Both the position numbers and the translations under genes were made by a program. From Pelomyxa schiedti (lineage: Eukaryota > Protista > Evosea): 64,000 nucleotides of DNA. Position 1 is the first letter of the stretch. Every line of letters begins with the position of its first letter. The notes beneath the pieces are model-generated. The model ran no database searches, was not told the DNA's origin, and saw nothing but the letters and a program-made list of their open reading frames with translations. Below are positions 25,601 to 38,090 of the stretch, piece after piece. Where the stretch lies: assembly GCA_020536535.1 (NCBI GenBank), contig JAHLWZ010000794.1, positions 62,001 to 126,000 of the forward strand, in the 5' to 3' direction.

Positions 25601-28600
25601 TGCTGTCAACAGTAAACGAACTGTCCCCATTGAATCTCTTCTTAATTTTAGTACCACCAGTGCTTTCTTCATCTTTCCTCAGATTGTGGAATTGGGATGA
25701 TACCCTCAGTGCAACACTGGACCACTTACTGGGGTATTTGATCCTTGCAAACAATTCTGAGTTACTGGAGTGGACAAGAATTATTCAGAGCAATGTAACA
25801 CCTTCATGTGATCCCACACAACGGTCAAAGAATCTTGTCTCACAGATCTGCAAAGATCTGCCTTATTTTACTGATTTGTTCAAATACAGTTTCATGAGAG
25901 CTCCAGCCAAAGATCTTTTCTTGAAACTTCTTCCAGACAGTACAGTATTCTCAAACACTTCTCTGGTAGCCTGCGCACAGGCACTGAAAACAACTCTTGT
26001 GACAAATCATTTCCAATCATTGATGGATAAGTGCATTTTAATTGATAGACTGAAAGAGATATTTGAATATGGCTTTCACCCTGATTTTTTTATTGTTGTT
26101 CTCCAACTTCTGGCACTAGAGAAAAAACAACAAAAATTTCAAGTGTTGTCCATGACTTTACACCAGATACTTGAGGGATCGACAACCAAAGCACTTTTTT
26201 TCCAGTTGATGAAAAGGCTCACACACGCTTTTGGAGTGCAGGATGAAGTTCAATTTCCACCTAAGGACTCGCCTTTGAGTGCCATAAAAGAATATTTCCA
26301 AAGATCCCTCCCTGCACAATTTTTATGCCAATTAGATGAAGACATCTCCACTGTTCTTTCCGTCACTACACTACCAGAGAAACTCAAAAAGTTACTAGAA
26401 ACTTCCACCTTGAAGCAGACAATGTCACCAGCTCTTCACAATATTTTGAAGTTATACTTAACAATTCCTCCCATCAATGCACCACAGGATCTCCTACCAC
26501 ACATTGACTTAATCATAGATGCTACAGGACTATTTGAAAAGAACACAGGATTACTCGTGAAAAATGTTGTTGAGTGGGGATGTAAGTGTCAACCCAACAT
26601 GGACATCAATTTTTCTAGCCTGTGTGCATTTATGAATTACATATCTGCTGGCCTTGCACTGTCAAATGTAGTATTACAAGAGCACAAATGGCTACCTAAC
26701 TGCATTAAACCCGCTATGCCGAGTGTCGTAATCTCTCAGTCAATTTCTGAGTTGGAAAATACGAGTTTACTCCACACACTGGTAACTGCCTCAATGAAAA
26801 ATGAGGTGGAAATACACAAACTACTTGAGCAACTTCTTCAACAAAAGCCAACCAGGGACAACTGTTAAACAGTTTTTTATTTGTACTTCACTCAGTATCC
26901 CAAATTGTGTAGGCACTGGGTTGCATCTTTTACCAATCGTTGGCGGGCAGCTAAGGCGTTCCCACACACCAGGCTTTTGGGGGAAGATACATTTTCAGCC
27001 CTTAAAGAATTTGTTGAAAGTGGGATCAAGATAGTTTCCATTGAAAGCATGCATTCTTTGCAACTCTTTCCTTCAACAAAAATTTCTGACTTACTTCCAA
27101 TTGTGAGGGAGTCAAGGTTAAGAGTTGTTGATATTCTTCGTCAGTTACCTCTTTCAGATGCTTCTCGTGCATATCTGTCATTGGAAGGAATTGTTACTCG
27201 GACAGTGGACCATCAACAAACACGAGATGCCACTCCTAAGCTTGATACACAACAACCAGCAGTAGTAATCTCGAAGGAAACATTAGAACATCTAGTCAAG
27301 AGCTTTGCTGAGAACCACAGAGCAGAATCTTCAAAAGCAAGAGAAGTTTTCCTGTGTGGCCCTTCACAAGCTCACAATCATACGAGCGGGAGCAAACAAG
27401 TCTTAAATTATGGAAAAACATCCCTGAAGGGTATAACCAAACAGTTAGGCAATTCCACAAAAATGCCTGTGAAAATTTCCAATTTGGATTGTGCTTCAAG
27501 TACACAACTTTCAATTCCCAGCACAACAGTTCAGTTTGACGTTCAACAGATTATTGATGAAGCACATGTCTTGCAAGCTTACAGTAATGCTCCCTCAAGA
27601 TCAAAGGGAACAACAGAAGCTGAGTGCCACCGTGACACTGACACAGCAGCACTCAAAGACGACTTCTTTTTCTCCCTCGTTAATGATCAATTTGTAAGTG
27701 GCTTCATATTAAAGCTTGTACAAAGAATCAGAGCCCATCATGCCATACAAAGTGGACGAGACCGCCGGCCATGGGAATGGTTGATTTTAATAGATGACTC
27801 ACTTTCTATGGTGATTCATCGTCAACAGATTTTAGTTTGTGTGGGGATTTTAATGCAAGTTCTATGTGAAATAGAGTGTAGATTTGCAGTGGTTGCTTTT
27901 TCCAAGTCTATTTCCATTCTTCATGACTTGAAAGACCCTTTTACTGCCGCCATCGGGCAACATGTTTTGGCGCACCTCCGATTCAATGGAGGAACCGAAC
28001 CCGCAAGTTGCTGGCAAAAAGCAATTTCCGAAGTTTGGAAATCAGCTTCTAGTGCCAGACACATGATGATGTTAATTACAGACGGTCTTACAGAACAAAG
28101 AGAGATAACGGATTTTATTCCCTCCCTTCTGTTCCATGCTATCAACTTAAGCTGCTTTGTTATTGGCAGGCCACATAAAAATCTTTCAACCTTTATACAG
28201 TCGCTGTCAGGCAAACACCCAAAGAAACAAGGATCGCCTTCCTGTTGCCACTTTATTGATCCAGTTGTGTCACAAGCAAATGTGGCTTATATCACTGATT
28301 CTGTAATTGACCTGTTGGAGGAGCAAGTAAAGGCAGAATTGGATGAAACTCTCAATCATTGGAGTGTTCCTCTCCAATTTGGAATGGATGAATCCTTGAT
28401 TTGCAATGTGAACGAACAGAAACTTCATGAAACGCTGGAAGCTAACTGCGCGCAAATGGCTCTAGAAAATTGGAAGGATGATGCACAAGGCACCTACTTA
28501 AAGGCGACAATTGCACGCTGTGGAATACCAGTGACATGTTCTCTAAATGTAGATCAAGCTCTTGCAGACATAATACAGTCACTTTCCAACCAACAACCCT

Positions 28601-31600
28601 CTGATTATTTGCAACAGCAAAGGGAGAAAAATAAGAAGGTTACTGGGTTTCTCACTGCTGCAGAGAGACTAGTAGCTCCAATAACAACGGAACTGAGACC
28701 AATTTTTGAAGATTCAGCATTCCCATTTAACCAATTCACACAACGTAGACCTGCTCGTCAAGGTAATTCTTTATCCGTCAGAGGTTTGATAAGATTCTTT
28801 ATGTCAAACGGGACTGATCAGCGATTTTACGCCAAGCGCACTACTGGTGGAAAGAGAAGGCACAGAATTGCTTTAGTTTTAGATATTTCCCTATCAATGC
28901 GCGGGAGGATGAATGAATACTTGCAAGTGTTACTAATTGCCTTTTTAGCAGCTTTAAGGGATTCTGGAATGGACCAAGTCTCTATCCTGGCTTTTGGAGA
29001 GAAAGTTTTCGTCTGCAAGAAGGAAGATGAGCCCTGGGATGATGCGTGCTGTGTTTGTATTTTGAAGATGTTAAGCCAGAGCAACCAGTGTGGGTCATTT
29101 GACGCCGACGCGATTTTAGTTGCAAAGCAAATGCTTCTCACATCGTCTGTAAAAGGCAAAACTAACACTGTATTTGTATTCACTGATGGGTGGAGCACCA
29201 GCGGTGCTAGGGTGTTGGAGGCACTTCAAAATGCTCGCTCTGATGGAGTTGATGTAATTGCCATTAGCTGTGGTTGCAAGAAAACTAATCTTGAAAAAAC
29301 TTATGGGAGGCACATTACTTTTGGTCACCCACGGGATGTTTCAGCAGCTTTGGCGCTCTTCTACAGTCAAGTGGACAGCACAGCTGAACTTGTATTGCCT
29401 CCTGAAAACACCATGCCGCAAAAAAAACCTCTCGCTGAGATACTGAGTGAGTGTCAGTCATGTCAGTCAAGCCAGACAAAAACGGGGGAGGTTTTTCAGG
29501 TTACAAGTGGTGGAAGTAACGGTAACTTGCAGGCAGAAGTTGAAGTGGACCTTGCCTTTGTAGTTGACATCACAGGAAGCATGTCACCTTTTCTTCCTCT
29601 GATAAGGTCCTACATAATGAAGAGTTCCATACAAATTGCAGAAAAAATCAAGGAGAAGCTGCCTGGAATAAATATTAAATTTACTGTTGCAATTTCTCCA
29701 GTACAAGATTATGATGACGTGGGAGTTGCCCCTCTCCACCTCACAGATGATTCAAATATTCTGGAACAATACCTTAGAAATCTGCCAGCTCGAGGAGGAG
29801 GCGACATTGCTGAAAACGTTGTTGAGGGACTGCAAAATGCGTTGAACATACTTCAGGTGCCATCCAAATGTTCGAGACGAGCACAGTTCATTGTAATGAT
29901 GTGTGATGCCCCACAACATGGTGCAGAATGCAACCACAACACTGTATCAGACAGTCACCCACAGTATGGTTCCGCCACCGATCCACGGCCGCAGGTGTCA
30001 GAAATAATAGCAAAGATTGCACAATCTGATATTGGTCTCATATTTTGCCGAATCAGGGAAAAACAGACCAAGAGAATGGAAGATGTCATTTTGAGTGCTT
30101 ATAATAACGTAGTTTCATTGAAACCCAGTGGAAAACAAAAAAATGCCAAAGCAGTGGCCTTCTACGATGGTGAGTCTATAAAAGTCAAGAATCACTTCAT
30201 TTTTGCCTTTGATGATTCTGGTTCAATGATGATTCCAACAACGGATGAGGCCAAACTGTACTACAACACGGAAATTTTAGGGCAAGTTAACTTTATGGTT
30301 GATGCACAGGGTAGTGACAACCCGCAAGGAGCAATGTACAATCTGGGTAAACAGGGGGGATTCTTGGGGAAAAAGCTTCTGGTATTCGACTGGTCCGGTC
30401 CGTGGAACACAGAAGCAATAGAAAGAGAAGTTGGTGCCCCTGGACTTGGCTTCAAAATCGAGTACTCACAATCCGAACAAGATTTTATCAATAGACTTCC
30501 ACAATTTGATATGGCATGGGTGATATCGTTCACCAATTTCCTCAATGCATCCGTGGCACCAGGAATATTTGCTGAGGCTTGTCGTAACTTCCACAAACAA
30601 GGCAAAGGGCTACTAATATTTGGGGATAACGATCCCTACTATGTACATGCCAACGTTGTACTTCCCTGCATTTTGGGGGAACCTATGCAATTAGTTGGTA
30701 ATCAGATGTGCGATCAAGTACTCAAGGCAGGAAAAAATACCAACCGTGGTGAATTTGGAATGCACTTAATTGTCTCTGGACTTCAAAGAATTTACGAAGG
30801 TTACACCATATGTCATGCAGATCGGATTCCTTCGCGTTTCCGAGTTATTGGGACAAACAGTGATCCAACTCCGTATCCAGTGTTTATGGCACGAGATGGT
30901 ACCTGGAAAGACGGTAGAGTGATGGACGGCCGTATTGTGGTTGACATGGGTTTTACCAAGCTCTACAGAGGTTACATGGAAAAGGGTGCCGGAACTGCCC
31001 GATACCTCTCAAACTGTTGTGCATGGTTGGCATACAAAGAAGCTGGCAAGACACGTTGGGATGCCTTGATGAGATCATTTGAGAGCTTTGTAGCAATGCG
31101 AAGGGGTTCCCAAACGGGTTTCGATGACACTGTCTCCGTGATTTACCACGATGACACTCCCAAGACCGTGTTGCCGTGCTGTCCTCTTACAGGCTTAAGT
31201 GTACATCCCCAAAATGATCTCATGGAAAGGTCACACCCTCGTTTCGGTACTAACAACTTCCGGCTGGCTTTGGACCACATCGAAAATGTGATAAGAGAAA
31301 CACCACCTGATACAACACCTGTGCTTCTTTTCATGTCTGATGGAGGCGATTGTGGCAACAGGGAAAGTGCCTACAATAAGATGGCCGAGCTTAAAAGAAA
31401 CTACCCAAGCCTTAAGGTGCACACCATTCTGGCCTATGACAGGAATGGCGAAGTGAATATGAGGGAGCTGTCAAGATATGCCGACTGCACCCTTTCTGTT
31501 GTTGAAGATGACCTACATCTGGAGTCTGAGTTCATGAACATAGCGCAACAAGGAAGCTCTATTTCCACTGCGCTGTCAGAGCAGATATGCGCAAGCTTGG

Positions 31601-31641
31601 CTGAAGATGTTTCTGAGTTTTTAGCCAAAGAAATTCTGTAA
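7689..31641 (+). CDS. Giant (~7,900 aa) midasin/Rea1-like protein: six AAA+ modules, helical linker, Ig-like (ASH/PapD-like) repeats and four VWA domains. Interrupted by a frameshift near 15295 and an in-frame TAA at 26866
   Basis: ORFs 7689-8477 and 8552-15340 join through a phase-0 intron at 8472-8551; ORFs 15394-26868 and 26881-31641 continue the protein. Walker A motifs: GDTGTAKT, GSKGCGKS, GPPAVGKS, GPTGYKS, GPPGCGKT, GDTCTGKT. Midasin-type LLLDELNLA and FRLFATQNP. MIDAS-type motifs DDSLS, DISLS, DITGS, DDSGS. The true start may lie further upstream (~7260-7510). Confidence 0.85.
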
Positions 31642-32011
31642 CTCAACAAAAACTTTTCGCTCTTTTTGTTTTTTCCTCTTTTGCCACGCCGACAATCCGA
31701 CAAGACCCCCTCGGATCTTAAGTTTGTTAAAGACCGCAGTACTCCTTTGGAAGTTGGTACCGGCCAAGAGTTGTGATGGGTGCCTTGTTATCAAATCGAC
31801 AGATGATCAACTAAATTCCATCACCACAAGCTTCCATTTCCGTCCTTGGGCAGCACTTCCCCTTTGAAGAAAACAAATCAGCTAAATTGACTTCTTCACT
31901 TTACGAGTTGATTTTTCACTGGCTCTCGTTGAACGAGGGTGCAAAGGAGATAAAAAAAATACTACGAAAACAAAAAAAAAAAACCAGACAGACCAACAAC
32001 TGACGGGTCTA

Positions 32012-32034
32012 CCCCCCCCCCCCCCCCCCCCCCC
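32012..32034. repeat. Poly-C homopolymer (poly-G on minus strand)
   Basis: Uninterrupted C run ~110 nt upstream of the ATG at 32146. Confidence 0.9.
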
Positions 32035-32145
32035 ACGGTATTCTTCGTTTTTTTTTTTTTTTATTCGTACCACAACACTAACTCCTTTTTTTTTTATCCA
32101 GTGCAGGGCGAACGGTGCTTTAGTGGTTATTATTTGTGAGGCGTG

Positions 32146-35100
32146 ATGTTGCGAGTGTCACCTTCCAATTCGCCGACATCGACGCCTATTCCGTCACCTA
32201 TGTCCACGCCAGTTTCGCCAATTACACCGGCAATGGTGCCCAGCAATTCCTCGTCTTCACTGGAGACATTCAGGTCTCACTCTCGTGGCTCCAGCACTTT
32301 TTCTGGAGTCTCGAGATCGACCTCAGATTCCCACGGTTCGTGTGGTGGCTCTAGTTCATACTCTTTTTCATTTTCGTCATCTTCATCTTCTTCGTCTTCT
32401 TCAGCACAGAGAAGAGGCACGAACAGGCCTATACCACAATATAGGTCTTCTGTTAACTTAGTACCACATCCAATCACAGCCACTGCATCTTCTTCGATGT
32501 TGTTGCCAGCTTCACTGGTAGCACTGAGACAGGCTCCATTGAAACGGAGCAATTCCCAAAGCGCCAATATTTTCATTTCCAATGCAATGACCAATATTGC
32601 GAATGCATCTTTTCGGGCGGGTACTACTCCTACTCCAGGATCACTTGCGACACAGCCTTCACCTCACACGCCTACCGGGCGTGTTCCACTGGCTCCTCCA
32701 ATTCACCTTGCGCTGCCTTCCACAAAACTCCACTCACTAAACACATTCCACAGCCCACCTATTAGATTATCTACTCTTCCGGGTTCTCGTAATCCATCTG
32801 CTCATTCTCATCACCGTCATAGTCACACACACCATAACCACTCACACAAAGCCAGACGACAAGCTAAGTTAAAGAATTCGGATGTATTAGATGGAAAAGC
32901 TCACAAAACAATAGAGCTAGAAAATCTTTCAACAATACCATCAAAGCCTGTAACTACACCTGCGGCCACAACACCTATTGCTCCCACACCAACGCCGACA
33001 CCTCAACCCTCTACAACCACAACCACTACATCGACAACTGCATCTGTAACGATGGAGTCGGCACTAAAGAGCAGTGTCTCCACTCCCAATGCACATTGTA
33101 CAGCTTCACCAGCTCTTCAACATATTGTATCAGAACCAATACATCACATTCATTCAGACCACACCGAGCAACCCTCTGCCCCAAGCATTTGGGAATCTGC
33201 AAGGCGGGACACCTTCATAACTCCAACAGAACGTGCAAGGGGCCTGACACTTATTGCAAGTGCTTCAAGCCCAGCAGTAAATGGGGTAATTCCCAATGCA
33301 GAGAAAATTTTGCATGCTATCAGGAGAGTTGAAGAGGAAGTCTTCAAGCTTGGAAATCATAAAGGTGAAATCCTTATTTCTTTCAATGGTGTGTCTCATA
33401 TTCTCAGACAAACTTAGAGCAGAGTTGTTGGAGACAGAATTGCAAGAGAGCAAGGTTTTCCAACCAAACCCGACTATTTCAATCTTACAAGACTAAAAAG
33501 CGACTTGCACTTTTACTGTCAATGAAGGAAGACCTAAGAAGGACTAGTGAAATTGCCAATAAACAAATCCCTCCTTCCTTGGGCCTCTCTTTTCTGACCT
33601 CCATGACTGAATCCTTTTTCCATTTAATTGATGCACTGCCCCCAGTAAGCTCTGCTTCTCCCTGCTAAGTTATTTATTGGGCATCAGGATTTCGTCACCA
33701 AGCACACATCGTCAGAAATACACTCAATCCAGAACTCTGGATCTGAAGATATTTTACTTAAAATCTCCAATATTTTTTCTGCCCAGGCTGTCTCCACATA
33801 CCCTTATGATCAGGCAGCAAAAAAACGGGTATGCCTTCTCCGTCCAACACTTTCCAACACAAACACCTAAATGCCTTCAAAGCTTGGAAATCCAGTTTGT
33901 GACCACTTTCATGCAAAGCTCTGTTCTGGTGGCAGAGCTTTCCTTTGCATAACCGATGGCTGTATGCCTTTTTTTTGTAATACCTCATTTAACGATGTAA
34001 GGTAACTGGGGTGTAAAGCCGAAAGAAGCCGCTTGCCGAGCTTCCTCAACATTTATCAATTTCCTTTTTGAGAAATCTTTGTAAGTAACCCTTCAATATG
34101 TATTTTTTCTTAAACTTCAAGTGGCGTGTCCTCTGTCCAGGAGTATGGCGCACTCATGATTCAAGCACTTGCACATGCCCATAATTCTATTGTATGGGAT
34201 AAACGGGATATTGTTGAAGTGGGGACAACCACTTTACTTGGTGTAACATGTGTTCCAACAAGAGTATGTTTTCCTGTGCCCTTTAGGTAAAGTTTTCTTC
34301 TAAGGGTGCTGTAGGTCGAGTGGCAAAGTGATCCTCATGAAAGTGAGTTTTTTCTTCTAATAGTACTGCTAAGCCCACGATTGGTAACTTGTCATTTCAG
34401 GTGTAAAATATAGTAAATGGGCTTGTATAGTATTAAGCATTGGTGACTGTAAGGTTTGCTTGGTTTTCTGTGAGATTACTCTTACCAAACTCTATAGGCT
34501 TTTCGTTGGTCTGCAAAAGAAAAGAAAGTTTATGAAATTACGTATGGGAGGAGACATTAGAAAAGCAACCTAAATCTTTAAGTGCAGGAAACCGTGGTAC
34601 TCTTGACCCCTCTGATCCCGGAGGTCGAATTGGGCCCTTTCTTGGGGGAGGTGCTCCTGATTTACGCAACTTGTGTCTATACCACACCCCTTGTAACAAA
34701 AACGATATAATTGTACTGGTAAGGTAGGCAGAATTCCACCACAAACAAACACCAGCACGACCAAAAAAAAAGTAATCTACCGTCTAGTGATGGTGTTCAC
34801 GACAATCTGGAAGCACCTGCACTGGCTGTAGATCCCGGAACGCTTGTTCCCGAATTCGTTGACAAATCATGGGACGAAGCAACAGCTCTTAATCCCGAAA
34901 AAGCATCCCGGGCTCGAGAGGAATTTATGTATGTATCCCTTCAAACTAACTCTTAATATTTTCTTTATCTACGTTTTTAAACCCATACAGGACCAAAAAA
35001 CTGGCGGAACTTGTTTCCCCCGATTTAGAGCAACCCCTTGTCCACGAAGTTGTAGAAAGGATTATCTCCTACTGTATGAATATAACAAGCCCCAGCAGGT

Positions 35101-35320
35101 TTCCTACAACACTTCCCCACTTACTGGAGAACAAACCACTTAAAACGTTAATAGGACTTTCCTTGAAAAAAACCCACGTGGACGGCTTCCTCACGATTTC
35201 AAAACATATCCAGGAAAGTTGGATCACACAACTTGCCTGGCACTTAGCCTGCAGCCTTCTTGGTATTATCTTTATGCTCCCGACCCATTTTCTTTTGTAC
35301 TTACCAACAATAGGGTGTGA
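32146..35320 (+). CDS. PP2C/PPM-like phosphatase-domain protein with long Ser/Thr/His-rich N-terminus, multi-exon
   Basis: Exons give NPVCDHF, LCITDG|NWG, GTTTLLG, SIGDCK, DPSDPGGRIGP..PDLRNL, SDGVHDNL and GKLDHTTC, the metal-binding Asp pattern of PPM-fold phosphatases. 3' end approximate. Confidence 0.75.
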
Positions 35321-35676
35321 CAGGCGTTTTTGTTGTAAAATCACATTGGATTTATGTATAAAGCAAACCAACTATAAAGTGTCTAAAAAGAGGTGTTTTT
35401 AAACCAACCAATTTGTTCAAATTTTTGCCCGTGGTACCGCCGGTACCCCCTGGCCTCAGTTGAAAAAACCACCCAGATCTGGTTGGACAACAGGCGAAAC
35501 ACCAAAAGGAAGGAAAAATGGAACATCCCGAACTCGATTAATTGGTTGATTTGGCTTTTTTTTTTTTATTTTTGTTGGAAACGCGAGTACGTCTGGGCAT
35601 ACGAGAGGCGTTTGTGGGTTGGAACGCGGATCTGGGCCCCATAGACAACAAAATAAAGCAAAGGAGGCAGGGCGAG

Positions 35677-37687
35677 ATGAGTTCCGGGAGGACCGTGGCG
35701 CCGGGGATACGACCCGACTCGGTTATGAACGAAGATCCAGATCAGTTGTTCGAAGTAATGGGCATTCTGGGCAGAGGGTACACTCTTTGTACCGTATTTT
35801 TTTTTTTTTTTAACTCCAGAGTTTTTTGTGGTAATTGGGCTGCAGATCATACGGATTGGTTTGTGCTTGTAAGGATGTCAAAGGGAACATGTACGCGATC
35901 AAATTCATCGAGGTGGCCCTCGAAAAAGAGCAGAATGCCCTCTTACAAAAGGAGATAGACGTATTGCAAGAGCTTACAGGAAGTCCACATTGTGTGAGTT
36001 TCATAGAGGTTATCACGTCAAATCTCACTCTACCATAGGTCCAGTATTACGGGTGCTACATGAAGGACACCACATTACTTGTTTTCCCCCTACCCACCTC
36101 TTTGGGGTTTTTCCAACTAACTATGTCAAGATTGTGATGGAATACTGTGAAGGGGGAGCTGTCCTCGATATAATGAACGTGTGCCATGTTACAATGCCTG
36201 AAGAAGCCATTGCAGCTATTATTGCTCATGTAGTTGAAGGTCTAGTCTTTCTACACTCCCATAAGTTGATGCACAGAGATGTGTGTTGTAATATTCTTCT
36301 CCAACTGAACTGAATCGCGTTTTAGGTCAAGGTAAACACAAAACAATCAAACAAAAAACAGCAAGAAGCACCAAGTCCCAGTGATAACCAAACTTACAGG
36401 CTGCCAATGTTTTACTAACTGCTGCAGGCGAACCCAAACTTGGTATCTTTTTTTTCTTCTTTGAAGAATCTGACGCCATTCACATTAGCGGATTGTACGA
36501 CTCTTTCCTCAACTTATAACTTATACCAGCAACGTCACCCAGGGCGTTTTTTCCTCATTTAACACTGACGAATTTCTAAATAGTTGGTGTATCGGCCAAG
36601 CTCAAGTCCACAGTGTGCAGGGCCACTACCTGCGTGGGGTCTCCCTATTGGATGAGCCCCGAAGTAATGTAATATTTCCTCTGCGCATTTTGGTAGTGAC
36701 GGTAAATAGAAAAGGTGTTCCATACTCGTTTAAGGCCGATGTATGGAGTCTTGGCATAACCTGCATTGAAATGGCAGAGGGCAAGCCACCTTTCTTCAAT
36801 GTTAATCCCTACAAGGTTTATTCTCGCGTACTTCAGTTATTGGTAATAAGGAGCCCTAGGTAATTTTTACCATAGTAGCAAAGCCCCCCTCTACGCTCTC
36901 TCAACCCAACAACTGGTCACCAGAATTTAATCGGTTCATCGCCCGTTGTTTGGTGACAAATCCTGAACAGAGACCAAACGCTGCTGATTTACTTAGTGTA
37001 CGAATTTTGTATTAGAAATCTTGGTTAATGCCACTGCCAACAGGACCCCTTTATTGAAAAAGGAAAAAGTGTACCTTCAGAATGCATGAAATACCTTGTA
37101 GCACAGTGTCTGCCAGACTTACAAGCTCATCGCGCACAGCAAGCCGCCCTTCTGAACGAGGTATTTTGTTATCTTATTGGACATTACTAACTGTCCCCAA
37201 GACGCCACAAGGAAACACAAATCCTTCTTCGACTGTACATCTCACCCGCCCTGGTTCTCAGATTGGCTTATTAAAAAGTGGGTCTTTTTGCTACACACAG
37301 AGTGACACGGCCACATCGACTTTTGGGACAAGCAGCTCACAAATTGCAACAACACCGGCAAGTACCCCTTCATCAAGAAGAAAATCTTCTTCACACAGAA
37401 AATCCACCCGGGGCACTGCAGAAGGCCCAGGAGCAACCACTTTGGATCCTGCAGCGCAATCTGCCACAGCCACCAACTTATCAACAGATACCAACGCAAA
37501 TTCTTCCGGTAGCTCATCACCGACTAGCAACAATTCAACGGCAGCTAACAGCACCACAACGACTACTGCAACTGACACTAATACAAACCAAGGCTCAAGC
37601 AGCAGGCACACACATACCCACGTACACCACCATCACCGCAACAGCCGTAACGCCACCAACCTCGTGTCTGCTTCATCAGCCCACTGA
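35677..37687 (+). CDS. STE20-family (MST/Krs-like) Ser/Thr kinase with Ser/Thr-rich tail, multi-exon
   Basis: LGRG|SYG, YAIK, MEYCEGG, HRD|VK|AANVLL, A|DF|GVSA, GSPYWMSPE, DVWSLGITCIEMAEGKPP, WSPEFNRFIARCL. Confidence 0.93.
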
Positions 37688-38090
37688 TGTTTACACTATG
37701 ATTACAAATATTTAATATGTACATACCACTTTTTTGTTACCATCTGTTACAAACCTTCGTTTCTGCTGTGGCTACGAAAGTTTTTTGAACGGGAATGGCT
37801 TTTGCTATTGCTACTTATTCCATTTAAGTCCAGCACCAAGCTCTTACCTCTTGGGTTGTAGTTCTTGATTTTTAAAGGAATTTTTTTCCCAGCGTGAGGT
37901 TGAAGACGTTTCAGGGACGAACCGACACAAAACACCTTCCATTCAAGCTAAAACCATGTCACGCAGAGGAAAATAAGCACTCCAAAATGCACTCGATCTG
38001 TTCTGTTACTGTCAAGTAAGCAGTGAAAAGCGCATCACGACTTCATGAGGCCGACAAGCAAGTGAATGAAAAAAAATGTGTCAACCTTTT

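Noticed and set aside
26866-26868. Alternative genetic code (TAA reassignment)
   Set aside because: Other genes in the window terminate at TAA, and the long ORFs otherwise lack in-frame TAA.
7689-31641. Assigning the symbol MDN1
   Set aside because: Size, absence of the acidic tether, Ig-like repeats and four VWA domains differ from canonical midasin. Orthology is unproven.
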